This document shows positions 53,736 to 64,000 of a stretch of 64,000 nt of DNA, piece after piece. The DNA comes from Octopus bimaculoides. Taxonomy: Eukaryota. The notes under the pieces were generated by a model. That model was not told the DNA's origin. It saw nothing but the letters and a program-made list of their open reading frames with translations, and made no database searches. The first letter of the stretch is position 1. Each line of letters begins with the position of its first letter. Both the position numbers and the translations under genes were made by a program. The DNA is taken from contig NC_068984.1 of assembly GCF_001194135.2 (NCBI RefSeq), positions 55,497,896 to 55,561,895 of the forward strand. Direction: 5' to 3'.

Positions 53736-55505
53736 ACCGGTTATACAAGGATTAAAGATTAAACTCTGCATGTTAGGAGAGCACTCGGAAATATGAAGTG
53801 CCACATTTTAATGTCTATGACATTACTCCTTAACACACATTAACAATTACATCACCTAGATTGACAAAATTCTCAAGCATATAATATAGTGTCCTTATTG
53901 CATAAATCCATAAATCCAAATAGCTATCATAAATTACACTTACAATAAAAACAAACTTATTTTTCAAACAAAAGGATCATACAGCTTTCACTACAAAACA
54001 ATTTTGCAATCCTTTTGTGTTTAATTTGATTGTATGACTCGCAGAGTATGATTTACGAGTTTATTAATGACTTATAAATATATTTGATATCTCTTTTATC
54101 AATCTTCTTCATATTTAGTATTTTGTCTTCAGTAAATCTTGGCTATTGTAGTAAAATGAGTTTATAGGAACTTTCTGCTGATACAGATAACAAGGTTTCT
54201 GATATTGTCCGTGACTAATATGCTTAATATATTTAAACTATAGTAATTTTCTGGGTGATTTATAACCTAGAGCTCAAAACTACTCATTAAGTTAAGCATC
54301 AGTTGCAATTTATTGTCAGTATTGTATTAGCAAACTCCTACTCGGTCTCCAAAACAGTAATGACACAATATGAACATTATTCATTCAATCATTCAGAATT
54401 TCCATTTTATTCTAAGTTCTATCACAGTCTATTTCTACTTGTATTTCAAATATCTATGAATTCAATGACTAGCTTCATACGTGCAATTGTCTATTTGGAA
54501 AGTCCAAAAGGCTATGTAACTCATATGCTACAGTGAAATTGTGTTCAACAAACTGACTTCCTCACATACCAATTATTTTTCAATTCTTTACAGTATCACT
54601 GGCTACTGCGGAAATATCTGAAAATTTACAAAATATCTATCTCACATACCTGACAATACACACTTCTTTGCTCTCGAATAACCAGTCACTAAAGCAAATT
54701 TTAATAGCTTGCTTCACTGGTTAGATACAAAAAGTTTTACAAAACGCTTGAATATTTAAATAAGTGTGAGAAGTTTCAGTCAGTTTATTCGTTTCATCTT
54801 GTCATAGGACTATAACCACTATAGTCTCACAAATCAAACTTCTGTCATCCTTATTGATCTCCAGATTGAAAACTATCATATATTGCCTATCGTTTGAAGG
54901 AATTTCCCTTTTGAATCATTTGAAAGATGTGTTCAGTTCAATTTATAATCTTTCTCAAAAAGATTTTACGTTATGCACCAGAATTATAAATGACATTATC
55001 TGATACAATGTATTATAATACACAGATTGTTTGAGGGATTTTACGACAAAAATGCCCTTACTAATATGATCTATTTAGGATGTGTAAATGGGAATTCGTA
55101 TTTTTCACAAAGACAAAATTCTCAGTGTTAACGATAATGTTATACACAGAAATAAATAATTTACTCTTAGTATATACATATACCCTCAAATCAAGTGGTA
55201 GCAATATCTTTCTGTAGTACCTGGCCTAAACTTTAGTGAGGAAGGAGTAGAGGTGATTTACATTGAAATTGCTACATAGTCATCGAATAGAGAAACAGAC
55301 GCGTTAATATTCAGAACGCGAAACATTGTTAAATATCTCAAAGTATCTTCAATGACAAGCTGCCGTTTCTATCACTTACCAATTGCTCTTCTTAGATAAT
55401 ATTAACTACTTTTATAGCAGTTTACTTTTATAGTGTCAGCGAATTGGTAAAATCATTCGGAAGTCGGTTAGACTACGTTACTGTTTCAAAGTCACATTTT
55501 TCGTG

Positions 55506-55803
55506 CTAGTCCATGTTAGTGGAATTATTTGAGCGCTGGATGGGATAACCTCTTCTTGCTAACGACACTAGTATACGCTGCATCGAATTCGTCTTTTTCT
55601 TGGGTAACATCGGTGTAGATGAGACGAGCATCAATGAGCAAGCTGTTATTTTCCTCAAACATTTCCAGAGGCATGAGCGTTGGAATAGAACTTCTAATGT
55701 GTAAATAGTCAAAACGTCTGTAACAGATGACAATGGTATATGGAAGAAATCTATAATTACTTGGTCCCCAGTCCATCTCACCAATCTACCGTTTCTCATC
55801 TGA
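55506..55803 (-). CDS. Candidate terminal exon of an unknown membrane-protein gene
   Basis: Acceptor TTTTCTTTTGTTCT...GACTTAG then an open frame (S)QMRNGRLVRWTGDQVIIDFFHIPLSSVTDVLTIYTLEVLFQRSCLWKCLRK...NSTNMD*; phase-compatible with 55911-56042. Confidence 0.3.
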
Positions 55804-55910
55804 CTAAGTCATATGTTTATAGAACAAAAGAAAACACTGAAAATAAATTATCTATTCCAATATTATTTTGTGTATTTCATGTCATAGTATCACTTAGTTA
55901 ATACGTTAAC

Positions 55911-56042
55911 CTTCTCTTTATTCGCCAGTGTATTTCAGCTTTTAATTTCACACCGTTTCTTGTTATCAATCTAAAATTAGAACATGTATCATTCTTAAGT
56001 GGCTTCTGCGTGTAGCAAGCAATTAGGCTTTTTAATAGCATA
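55911..56042 (-). CDS. Candidate internal exon (132 nt, phase 2-2)
   Basis: Strong polypyrimidine acceptor TTTTCTCCTTGCTTTGCTTCTTTCCTTCAAAG; open frame MLLKSLIACYTQKPLKNDTCSNFRLITRNGVKLKAEIHWRIKR; donor AAG|GTTAAC. Confidence 0.35.
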
Positions 56043-56286
56043 CTTTGAAGGAAAGAAGCAAAGCAAGGAGAAAAGTATCAGATGATAGATAACATTTCTA
56101 AACTTACTTGTGATTTTACTCATCCATTAGAAACTCGATGCTTCATGAATATAATAATTATTGCTGTAATGAATATTTATATACAGTAAGCATTTCAGGT
56201 GATATTTATTTGTCACGTGCTATGTAGATATTTTCAAATGAAGACTAAGATAACATAATCAATACGATGTTTTTGAACTTATATAC

Positions 56287-56479
56287 ATTAATAAAGGAAT
56301 GTATTTTTCAAGGGTAAAGGCAGTGACTATGACCCACTGAAGGACTCCGAGTATGCTGAAAAGAGTAAGGGAGATATTGCAAACCGAATAAAGATGTTCG
56401 TTGTAGTCATCATACTTGTTTACTTCGGGTCTTTCACTGATAATGTTGTTAGCGGCGAGAAACTCAGCATTATCTCTAC
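56287..56479 (-). CDS. Candidate exon encoding a transmembrane helix ending in TAFTLEKY (resembles class A GPCR TM3)
   Basis: RDNAEFLAANNIISERPEVNKYDDYNEHLYSVCNISLTLFSILGVLQWVIVTAFTLEKYIPLL. Acceptor ...TTCAATGAAG; weak donor AT|GTATAT in phase 2. Confidence 0.4.
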
Positions 56480-56552
56480 CTTCATTGAATTTCAGAAAGG
56501 TTAACACGCATGCATACGTACTTATGTATGTATATTTCTATATATATACACA

Positions 56553-56654
56553 TACTCTTTCACTTTGTTTATTCTTTTACTTGTTTCAGTCATTTAACTG
56601 TGACCATGCTGGAGCACCGCCTTTAGTCGAGCAGATCGACTCCAGGACTTATTT
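56553..56654 (-). mobile_element. 3' tail of a family C SINE
   Basis: TTTTACTTGTTTCAGTCATTTAACTGTGACCATGCTGGAGCACCGCCTTTAGTCGAGCAGATCGACTCCAGGACTTAT; homologous to 11850-11950. Confidence 0.8.
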
Positions 56655-56659
56655 ATGAT

Positions 56660-57115
56660 GCTAAAATATCTAATGGCAGTTTTTGAGAGTCCATTTACAT
56701 GCCTGAACAAATGAAAAACCAGTCTCAGTTCTCATATTCAGGAGTTCAGGAGGCGTCGCCTAGAAAAAAGGATTTGGTACAATTCTTCAGGACAGGGAAA
56801 ACAGAAAGAAATTTCCAATCATATAGCAAGTAACCTTGCTTATAATTTCCCACTCTACAAAAAAATGTTTTTCTTATTTTACGGATCCCAAATAAGTTTA
56901 CTGAGGCTGGTACTAGAAACCTTGTTCCTATTGCTAAAGGTGTAAATATGGTCAGATATTCGTCTTTTGATAAAATTTTGCGTTGCCCCTACGTAAAAGA
57001 AATTCTTACCTTCATATTTTACTTTACATCTGTAAACAACATTTTTGTTTACAATAATTTTAAAGCAAACATTTACTTCTAGACTTGCATTCACAAACTA
57101 TATTTTCATTACTAC

Positions 57116-57147
<32 letters not shown>

Positions 57148-57760
57148 CATTTTATATCATTATCTTCAGTGCGATGGCTCTTAGCTATATTACCTACACT
57201 GAAAAGGCTGAAATGGGATTTGATTTTGGTTGTTTCCCCTTCTACACTAGACGACTCAAGTATACATTTCTTACTAACATTCTAAGAGCATTACCTTTGT
57301 TGCATTTACTACGGTTATAATTATAAAAATTAGATAATTTTTTTTTTTGTTAATTGAAAAACATTATCTTGGACAAGGTATTTGATACATAAAAGGCAAC
57401 TTTAAGAAGTTAAGGGTGAATAATATCATAATATCTATTTTCCTTTATAAAGTGTTTAGAAAAAGTTTGTAGAAGGCCCTGTCCAAATTAGTCTTAATTT
57501 ACTTAGCGAATGGAATTATAAACCAAATAATGTTGTTCTTATCAGGACATGCATTATAACGTTCAAATTTTTGAAATTTATTAAATATATAACGGGTGTG
57601 TCTTTTACTCTATTATTCATATTCTTAATCGTATGAGGATAATTAGAAGAACGTAGTATTTCTTTGATTGTCGTATTTTGTATATCAAATTTCTCATTTG
57701 GACATTTAACCCTACTTACCCTATCCTTATCCCTATTCATGGCAGTGCAGTTTATTTAAA
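56660..57760 (-). mobile_element. Penelope-like element, linker plus GIY-YIG, interrupted by (ATT)n and other sequence
   Basis: IWFIIPFAK.IKTNLDRAFYKL (IIWFNPPFSxNVKTNIG motif), then NVVYRCKVKYEGKNFFYVGATQNFIKRRISDH (GIY-YIG), VEWEII and EELYQILFSRRRLLNS. Confidence 0.8.
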
Positions 57761-57914
57761 ATCTTTACTAACATCAGAAGTATTCATGCTATTAAAGATA
57801 TTGATGCTCACATTTTTACCATAATACATCAAGTTTTGTCTATACACAGCTTTGCTGAGTACCACATTATAAAATTCAGCATTTTTTCAAAAATATCTTT
57901 AGACGATAGAACAA

Positions 57915-58795
57915 TTGTACGAAATCCGTTTTTCCAGTTGGTGCCTCCAATTTGAAAACTGTTCTGCACATTGGTCCCCATGTTATAAAGTTCACACGTT
58001 AATATTGAAGGATAATTTCTGTACTTTATTCCATAGATATGAAGACTTAATGCACGCTTTTATTTCACCAGATCTTGTTCGTCTCGGAATGACTGGTAAT
58101 GTCTGTCTGATAAAACTAATGTAACCCCTCCCATAGATTTATTGTTGCCTCTTATGTCCTGTAAGGTCTTATAAAGAGCTTCCATCGCACCTCTGTGTGA
58201 CATGGTGCATTCATCCAAAAAGAATATGTGGCTGAACCTGAACATTTGCTGATGTTACAAATTGGACTGTCATTTGTGACCATGTTTTGCGGTAACTTAA
58301 AAGCAGAATGAGCTGTTGGTTCTCCTGGGAGAATAGTGGCAGCAATGCCAGACGATGCTACAGCAACTGCAATTCTATCTTTTTTTCTCTGCCTTACCGT
58401 GGAGAGAAGCAATGTTGTTACGAATGTTTTGCCTGTGCCACCAGGAGCATCAATAAAGAAAATTCCTCCGCTTCTTTCTCTGACTGACTAAATAATTTTA
58501 TCATATGCACAACGTTGTTCTGGAAGAAATTTATGTTCATGTTCATTCACAAATGCAGCCAACTCTGTTATATCATAATTTGTCTCTCTTGCTATGTCTC
58601 TTGAATTTAAATTTGACGGTTTGTTTTTGGCAGTCCAGAGCCAGACTCTTGCAAAATTTTGCCTCTAATGGCCAAAACTTTATCCTCAATTTAAATTAGT
58701 GCTCGGTTAAAAATTGTTTCAGAGAACTGAATATTGATATCTGAGTTTTCCTGTTGAACTGCATACTTTAAGTCCTGAGCCATGTCCTTACGATG
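57915..58795 (-). mobile_element. Helitron PIF1-family helicase fragment (pseudogenised)
   Basis: GGIFFIDAPGGTGKTF (Walker A), AVAVASSGIAATILPG.PTAHSAFKLP, IFFLDECTMSHRGAMEALYKTLQDIRGNNKSMGGVTLVL. Confidence 0.9.
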
Positions 58796-59937
58796 TTTTG
58801 ACAGACAGAGAACGAAAGAGAAGTATGTTCGTGTGTAAGCGCAATAGGAAAATAATGATGGGCAGGTGTATGAATGAATATATCAAATACTTATACGCAT
58901 GTAGAAGTAAATATATATGGCTATATGTATTCGTGTTTGTTAATATATTCAGAAAAGTCTACGTGCCGTTGCTTATTTCTGTCATTTATGAACTGCAATT
59001 TCCAGCAAAGTTGTCAATCTTAAACTCTATCAGGATCAGTAAAGTTTAAAATGATATTCGCAAAGATGAATGTTAATATTGTTAATATAATCACTTTCTC
59101 TGAATATCATTGTATCGTTTGAATGATTGTTCATCTTTCTTAGATTATATTTTAAATATGGTAAAATTTTATATGATTTTTTTACAGAATATAACTATTT
59201 CAAAACACCTTGTTTACCCCGTTTAGTTTTTCACTTGAAATCATTCACATGCTTTTCTTGCAATAGGCACATAAGTTATAATTATATGCTGAAAAGCCTT
59301 GAAACCATCATTTAGGTACAGAATAATACAGAATTTCTTTTCTAGCCTCGAGTTATATCAATACCGTTCATTAAAAATAGATTCTTTTTCTAGTATTTTA
59401 TAAATATTTACCCCTTACAGCATTACTCTCTATTGCTGTAATATGTATAGCTTCATAAATAAAGAGAGGTTGTCAGGAATTTTACTAAGACACAATTTAT
59501 TATGCATACAATACAGTGAAAAAAAAATGGATTCAGATTCTCCAATGCAATTATCAGATTTACTTTTAAGCTGTTGGCTTCGAAAATGAAAACAAATATA
59601 ACCGAAGTGTCTCAAAAATAAACATGATTATATCTTTATGTTTAAGTGCTATGCTTAGAAATGTGTATGTATGCTTCTGCACGAAACTATGTGATAAGTA
59701 AAAACTTATACTTTTACTGCTGCAAGAGTAATGAAGTTAACGATTCTTGAAAGAAAATTCATTTGAAGAATTTAAGGCTAACAATTCAATCATACAGCCA
59801 CAAACATTTCACTTTTCAAAATTTAACGCATATCAGGTACGAATTAGGTCACAACTAGAGATCTTTGTAAAGATAATGAACTCAGTTAAAACATGGCCCT
59901 GTTATTGCTAAATAAACACACGTTACTCTAAATATAT

Positions 59938-60025
59938 TCTTTTCTACTCTAGGCACAACGTCCGATATATTAGATCGACACTAGTGTGCAACGCCTGGCG
60001 TGCTAACGTTTCTGCCAGCTCAAGC
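59938..60025 (-). mobile_element. Family A SINE with most of the body deleted
   Basis: The 3' end TTTCTACTCTAGGCACAA is joined to the head GGCGTGCTAACGTTTCTGCCAGCTC. Confidence 0.7.
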
Positions 60026-60063
60026 TTTGTTACTCAAAATATATTATACCGCAAAGTAATTAC

Positions 60064-60099
60064 CTTACACAGCATTAAGTCAATGAAAATTCCATTGTC
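60064..60099 (-). CDS. Candidate 36-nt micro-exon (DNGIFIDLMLCK), phase 0-0
   Basis: Acceptor TTTACTTTATCCTTAGTCTTACAG, donor AAG|GTATTA. Confidence 0.45.
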
Positions 60100-60223
60100 C
60101 TGTAAGACTAAGGATAAAGTAAATGTTTCTAACAAGTATATAATGAACGTGAACTTCTATATTTTTAACATTTTGCTTGATTGTATAATATAAGCTTGGG
60201 TAAATAATTCTAAAAGATTCTAC

Positions 60224-60294
60224 CTTAACTTGAGCTTCTTCAATATAGGCAGATGTGTTCAATACAAATAAATGTCGGTTTTTTACAATGCCAT
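60224..60294 (-). CDS. Candidate 71-nt exon ((D)GIVKNRHLFVLNTSAYIEEAQVK), phase 1-0
   Basis: Acceptor TTTGTTTTTATTTTGAAG, donor AAG|GTAGAA; a 124-nt intron joins it in frame to 60064-60099. Confidence 0.45.
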
Positions 60295-61019
60295 CTTCAA
60301 AATAAAAACAAATCGTGCAAAACATGCAAAAAAATACACGCATACAATCCTATTTACAATCCTTTTATATTGCTTACAAAATAAGCATGACTCTTAGTAA
60401 CCATGAATTTAAATAGAAGAGACATACATACATACATACATTCATACATAGGGATAGGTGGAGAAATAAATACTTATATACAGGCTTGATAGTCTACACT
60501 GTGTATAAAGATATTGGTATCTTTTTATATACAAGCTTGCACAGTAAGTTTAGGTACCCTCAATGGTTATGTGTATGTATGTGTGGATGACGATCTGACT
60601 GCCAAATTGATCGGTGATATATGACCAATTAGACTGTTGGCATAGAAACTAGCGTATCAGTCTACTGGGCAAACAATTTTCAGTATATTTAATTTGATTT
60701 CATACTAAATGATGGTAGTTACAATTTGTCCATTTTAATATTTGTTTGATATTAGCACATGGATATTGTGTTTAACCGTATGAAAATTGATTTATTTAAA
60801 TATAATTAAAATTGGTTGTATTTGGGAAACAAAAGAGAAATGTTTCAAGGTCTAAGCCTTTTGCCATGTTACACACTCTGTATGTGTTCTTTATGCATCT
60901 GTCTCTTCGAGAAAAAGGTTCATATTGATCAAAGAACTTTCATAACCTTAATAATCATAGGACGAAAACTATTTAGTCGCTTATATATGTGCGTGTGTGT
61001 ATAGATAGTCGCTTATATA

Positions 61020-61036
61020 TGTGTGTATGTGTGTGT

Positions 61037-61110
<74 letters not shown>
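61020..61110. repeat. (GATA)n tetranucleotide repeat with a short upstream duplication
   Basis: Directly visible; TAGTCGCTTATATATGTG occurs twice just upstream. Confidence 0.95.
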
Positions 61111-61879
61111 TTTTTGCAAACAACTTGCAGATGCAAGTGTTACCAGTTAAAAGCTCCGCAAGTTTATGGGGTCATCAGGAAAGAATACGTTTCGGGGCTC
61201 TTCTCTCCACGGCATCATTGCGCACCGCCCAGCCCCCCCTCCAACCCACTGAAATGTGACGCCGCTTTCTAGATCAATGATTCTTTCACAAATTTTCCCT
61301 ATAACGTTGTGGTAAAGTTTCTTTCTCACATACATTGTTACATACACACACACACACACATACATGCACACTCTTATAGAGAGAGAGATGCGTGAGTTGC
61401 ACGCGTGTAAGAGTGTTGCTCATGAATGTCAGTGTTTATTCTTTGCATTTTTACAGTGTATATGCGGTAGTGTTGATTGGGCACATGATATATATATAAT
61501 CTGATTCTAGATGCCTATAAAGACATTTATAATCTCTATACATAATTTAATAACTTTATATTCTTATATGCTGACCTTTATCATCAAACGGTATGTCCGT
61601 ATCAGACATGACTGAACAAACTGTGTTCATAATACATAGAATATGTTTAAAGAATTTGTACATTAATCATTAATTTTTGTTACACAGCTGTCACCTTGTC
61701 AAAAAGTTGTTAATGGTTTGAAAATACAAATTTACACTTCGTTAATAAGTCCATTTGTCTAGGTTTTTTCTTTAGTTTAATCAGTCGTAAAGGACGTATG
61801 CGTGGAAAACAAAATATGTTCAGAAGGAAATAAATTTTCACTGTAAAGTTGTACTAGAGTCCCTTTCTCGCACACAATG

Positions 61880-61923
<44 letters not shown>

Positions 61924-61943
61924 ACTTTGTATACATATAGGCA

Positions 61944-62332
61944 TTGTTGTTGTTGGCACTCCGTCGCTTACGACGTCGAGGGTTCCAGTTGATCCGATCA
62001 ACGGAACAGTCTGCTCGTGAAATTAACATGCAAGTGGCTGAGCACTCCACAGTGCACGTGTACCCTTAACGTAGTTCTCGGGCATATTCAGCGTGACACA
62101 GTGTGACAAGGCTGACCCTTTGAATTACAGGCACAACAGAAACAGAAAGTAAGAGTGAGAGAAATTTGTGGTGAAAGAGTACAGTAGGGTTCGCCACCAT
62201 CCCCTACCGGAGCCTCGTGGAGCTTTAGGTGTTTTCGCTCAATAAACACTCACAACGCCCGGTCTGGGAATCGAAACCACGATCCTATGACCGCGAGTCC
62301 GCTGCCTTAACCACTGGGCCATTGCGCCCCCA
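61944..62332 (-). mobile_element. Young-looking tRNA-derived SINE with a distinct head/body, the family B tail and a (CAA)n end
   Basis: Reverse complement: GGGGCGCAATGGCCCAGTGGTTAAGGCAGCGGACTCGCGG...GGTTTCGATTCCCAGACC ... GGATCAACTGGAACCCTCGACGTCGTAAGCGACGGAGTGCCAACAACAACAAT. Confidence 0.9.
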
Positions 62333-62427
62333 CACATATAGGCATACGAACACGCATACATGCATGTATAGATTCAAAAGCATAGATGCATATGCATCCC
62401 TATACGTGAAGTTTGTGTGAAGTGAAG

Positions 62428-62727
62428 GTGCGTGGCTTAGTGCTTAGGATATTTAGCTAACGATCGTAAGGCCGTGATTTCGATACCCAGCGGTGCGCTG
62501 TGGCACTTTACACTTTATTTCACGTTGCTCCAGTCAACTCATCTAGCAAAAATGAGCAGTACTAGTATTTCAAAGGGTCGGGTCTATCGCATTTTATGTC
62601 ATGCTGAATCTCTCTGAGAACTGCACTAAGAGTACGCGTGTCTGTGGAGTGCTCACCTACTTGTTAATGTCAGGAGGAGCAGGCTATTATACTGATTAGA
62701 TCGAATGGAACACTCGTCGTCGTGCCA

Positions 62728-62730
<3 letters not shown>
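62428..62730 (+). mobile_element. CORE-type SINE, family B
   Basis: GGTGCGTGGCTTAGTGCTTAGG head, ACACTTTATTTCACGTTGCTCCAGTCAACTCA CORE, tail GGAACACTCGTCGTCGTGCCAA. Confidence 0.8.
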
Positions 62731-62772
<42 letters not shown>

Positions 62773-62974
62773 CTCTTACTGATTTGACTGGTTTCAGTCA
62801 TCCAGTTATGGGACTGCCGCTATGTATATTGCAAGCTCACACTTGGTATTTGGTATCTATCTATCTTATCAGGGATTTGATTAGACGGATATTTCAGGGC
62901 TATTTCTAGCTGAAAATCAACCGCGTAGAATCTCATATGTAGTTTCCAGCAATACCAGTTTTATCGAGCAGTTG

Positions 62975-63012
62975 ACTGCTGCTGCTGCTGCTATTGTTGT
63001 TGTTATTGTTGT

Positions 63013-63057
<45 letters not shown>

Positions 63058-63075
63058 CAGCAGCAGTAGCAGAAG
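62975..63075. repeat. Compound trinucleotide array (CTG)(TTG)(TAG)(CAG)
   Basis: Directly visible. Confidence 0.9.
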
Positions 63076-63605
63076 TACGGAAATGAAGAAGCTATTATGG
63101 TAGTATTAGAAGTAAAGGAGAAAATATTTGGAAGCAGTCCAGAACAAATAGCAATATATATAAATAGGTCACTTATTCTTTCTCAGTATGGAGAAAAAAA
63201 GGCAAACAAGCTATTCTAGTATTTTCTTTTGTTGATGTTTTGGCTGGGAATATCAGTTTTTCGCAGGACGAATGTCGTCACTCATGAATTATCTGTGGAG
63301 GTTCTGAGTCTGGTGACGGGAAAAAAAAGATACCCATGGGTTAACCATGGACTAAACATCGCCCATGGGATAACCATAAACTGGACTTCTGGTTTGACTG
63401 TTCAAACATAGATGACTCGACTCAGCTAAAAGCATTCAAATACCCAATGATTCTTTTTCCTTTTACGTATTCTGTAATTGAGTTGCAACTCAGAATTGCT
63501 GTATAAGGTTATATGTGAAATTGTATATTCTAGTTTCTTTCTCGATTTCATAGAATTTATTGAGTCGAGGAAGACACTTGAGATGTTCGCTTCCATTAAG
63601 ATTAC

Positions 63606-63640
63606 CATTGTGATTAATGGTGAAATTGAAACAGTTCCAA
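63606..63640 (-). CDS. Candidate 35-nt micro-exon (WNCFNFTINHN), phase 2-1
   Basis: Acceptor CATTTTGATTTTCAG, donor ATG|GTAATC; phase-compatible with 60224-60294, which has a 1-in-3 chance by luck. Confidence 0.25.
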
Positions 63641-63774
63641 CTGAAAATCAAAATGCTGTAATGGATTACTGCGCTTAGAATTTATCATCATAGAATCTCT
63701 CAAAGCAACGGATATTTTCGCAAATAAGCATACTTGCACGAACATACATATGACGTAAGCTGTGTATAATCTAT

Positions 63775-63812
<38 letters not shown>

Positions 63813-64000
63813 ATGAGAATGTGTGTTTGTCTGTGTGTCTGTGTGTCTGTGTCTGTGTGAATCTCTAAAACTCAAGGACTGCACAACCAATTTCATTGAA
63901 ATTTTACACTTGTCTTACTTATGGTCCAGGTAGTGTCATGGGCCAAACAATTTCAACTTCATGCCTAATACGAGCCCAGAGCAATCTCTTATATCTTCCA
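63775..64000 (+). mobile_element. Probable 5' end of a non-autonomous Helitron/DINE-like element
   Basis: TCTTTATATATA..AAAG, then a (GTCTGT)n microsatellite, then CTAAAACTCAAGGACTGCACAACCAATTTCATTGAAATTTTACAC; this is the architecture typical of invertebrate Helitron-N 5' ends. Confidence 0.5.

Noticed and set aside
54000-55050. Coding-like minus-strand texture (e.g. YELHSLLDFPNRQLHV)
   Set aside because: Stops occur in every frame and there is no recognisable motif.
55525-55776. Alternative 83-aa frame overlapping the candidate terminal exon
   Set aside because: It cannot be joined in phase to the upstream exon through the available acceptors; not excluded, but less supported.
56043-56107. 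Textbook 65-nt GTAAGT...polypyrimidine-AG mini-intron on the minus strand
   Set aside because: The sequence upstream of this donor has stops in all three frames, so it cannot be a coding junction; only the acceptor was kept in the exon model.
61165-61205. Minus-strand GAAACGUA and CUGAUGA within 25 nt, suggesting a permuted hammerhead
   Set aside because: The would-be stem II strands (GCCCC / CCCCA) are not complementary and no stem I hairpin forms.

Overview
AT-rich eukaryotic scaffold with 12 N-gaps, most of them bordered by (TA)n/(CA)n microsatellites. From recalled repeat families (inference, no search run) it is most likely a coleoid cephalopod, probably Octopus. Most ORFs in the supplied track are microsatellite or gap artefacts. 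The window is largely a transposon graveyard: about 20 tRNA-derived SINE copies from at least three families, five Penelope-like (PLE) RT/GIY-YIG fragments, one Tigger/pogo, two mariners, an RTE-type LINE piece, a Helitron PIF1 helicase piece and a probable non-autonomous Helitron 5' end. No complete, recognisable host gene is present. The best leads are: (1) an unrecognised, phase-compatible multi-exon membrane-protein model on the minus strand (about 55.5-63.6 kb) that includes micro-exons; (2) a 132-codon stop-free frame at 14315-14713, missed by the ORF track, ending a longer decayed coding region; (3) a degenerate minimal hammerhead-ribozyme fold in a PLE terminal-repeat fragment; (4) a ~74-bp Tigger piece embedded in a GAA/GAG microsatellite; (5) inverted SINE pairs that could form dsRNA; (6) a ~200-bp inverted duplication around a gap. 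None is established as a new biological system.
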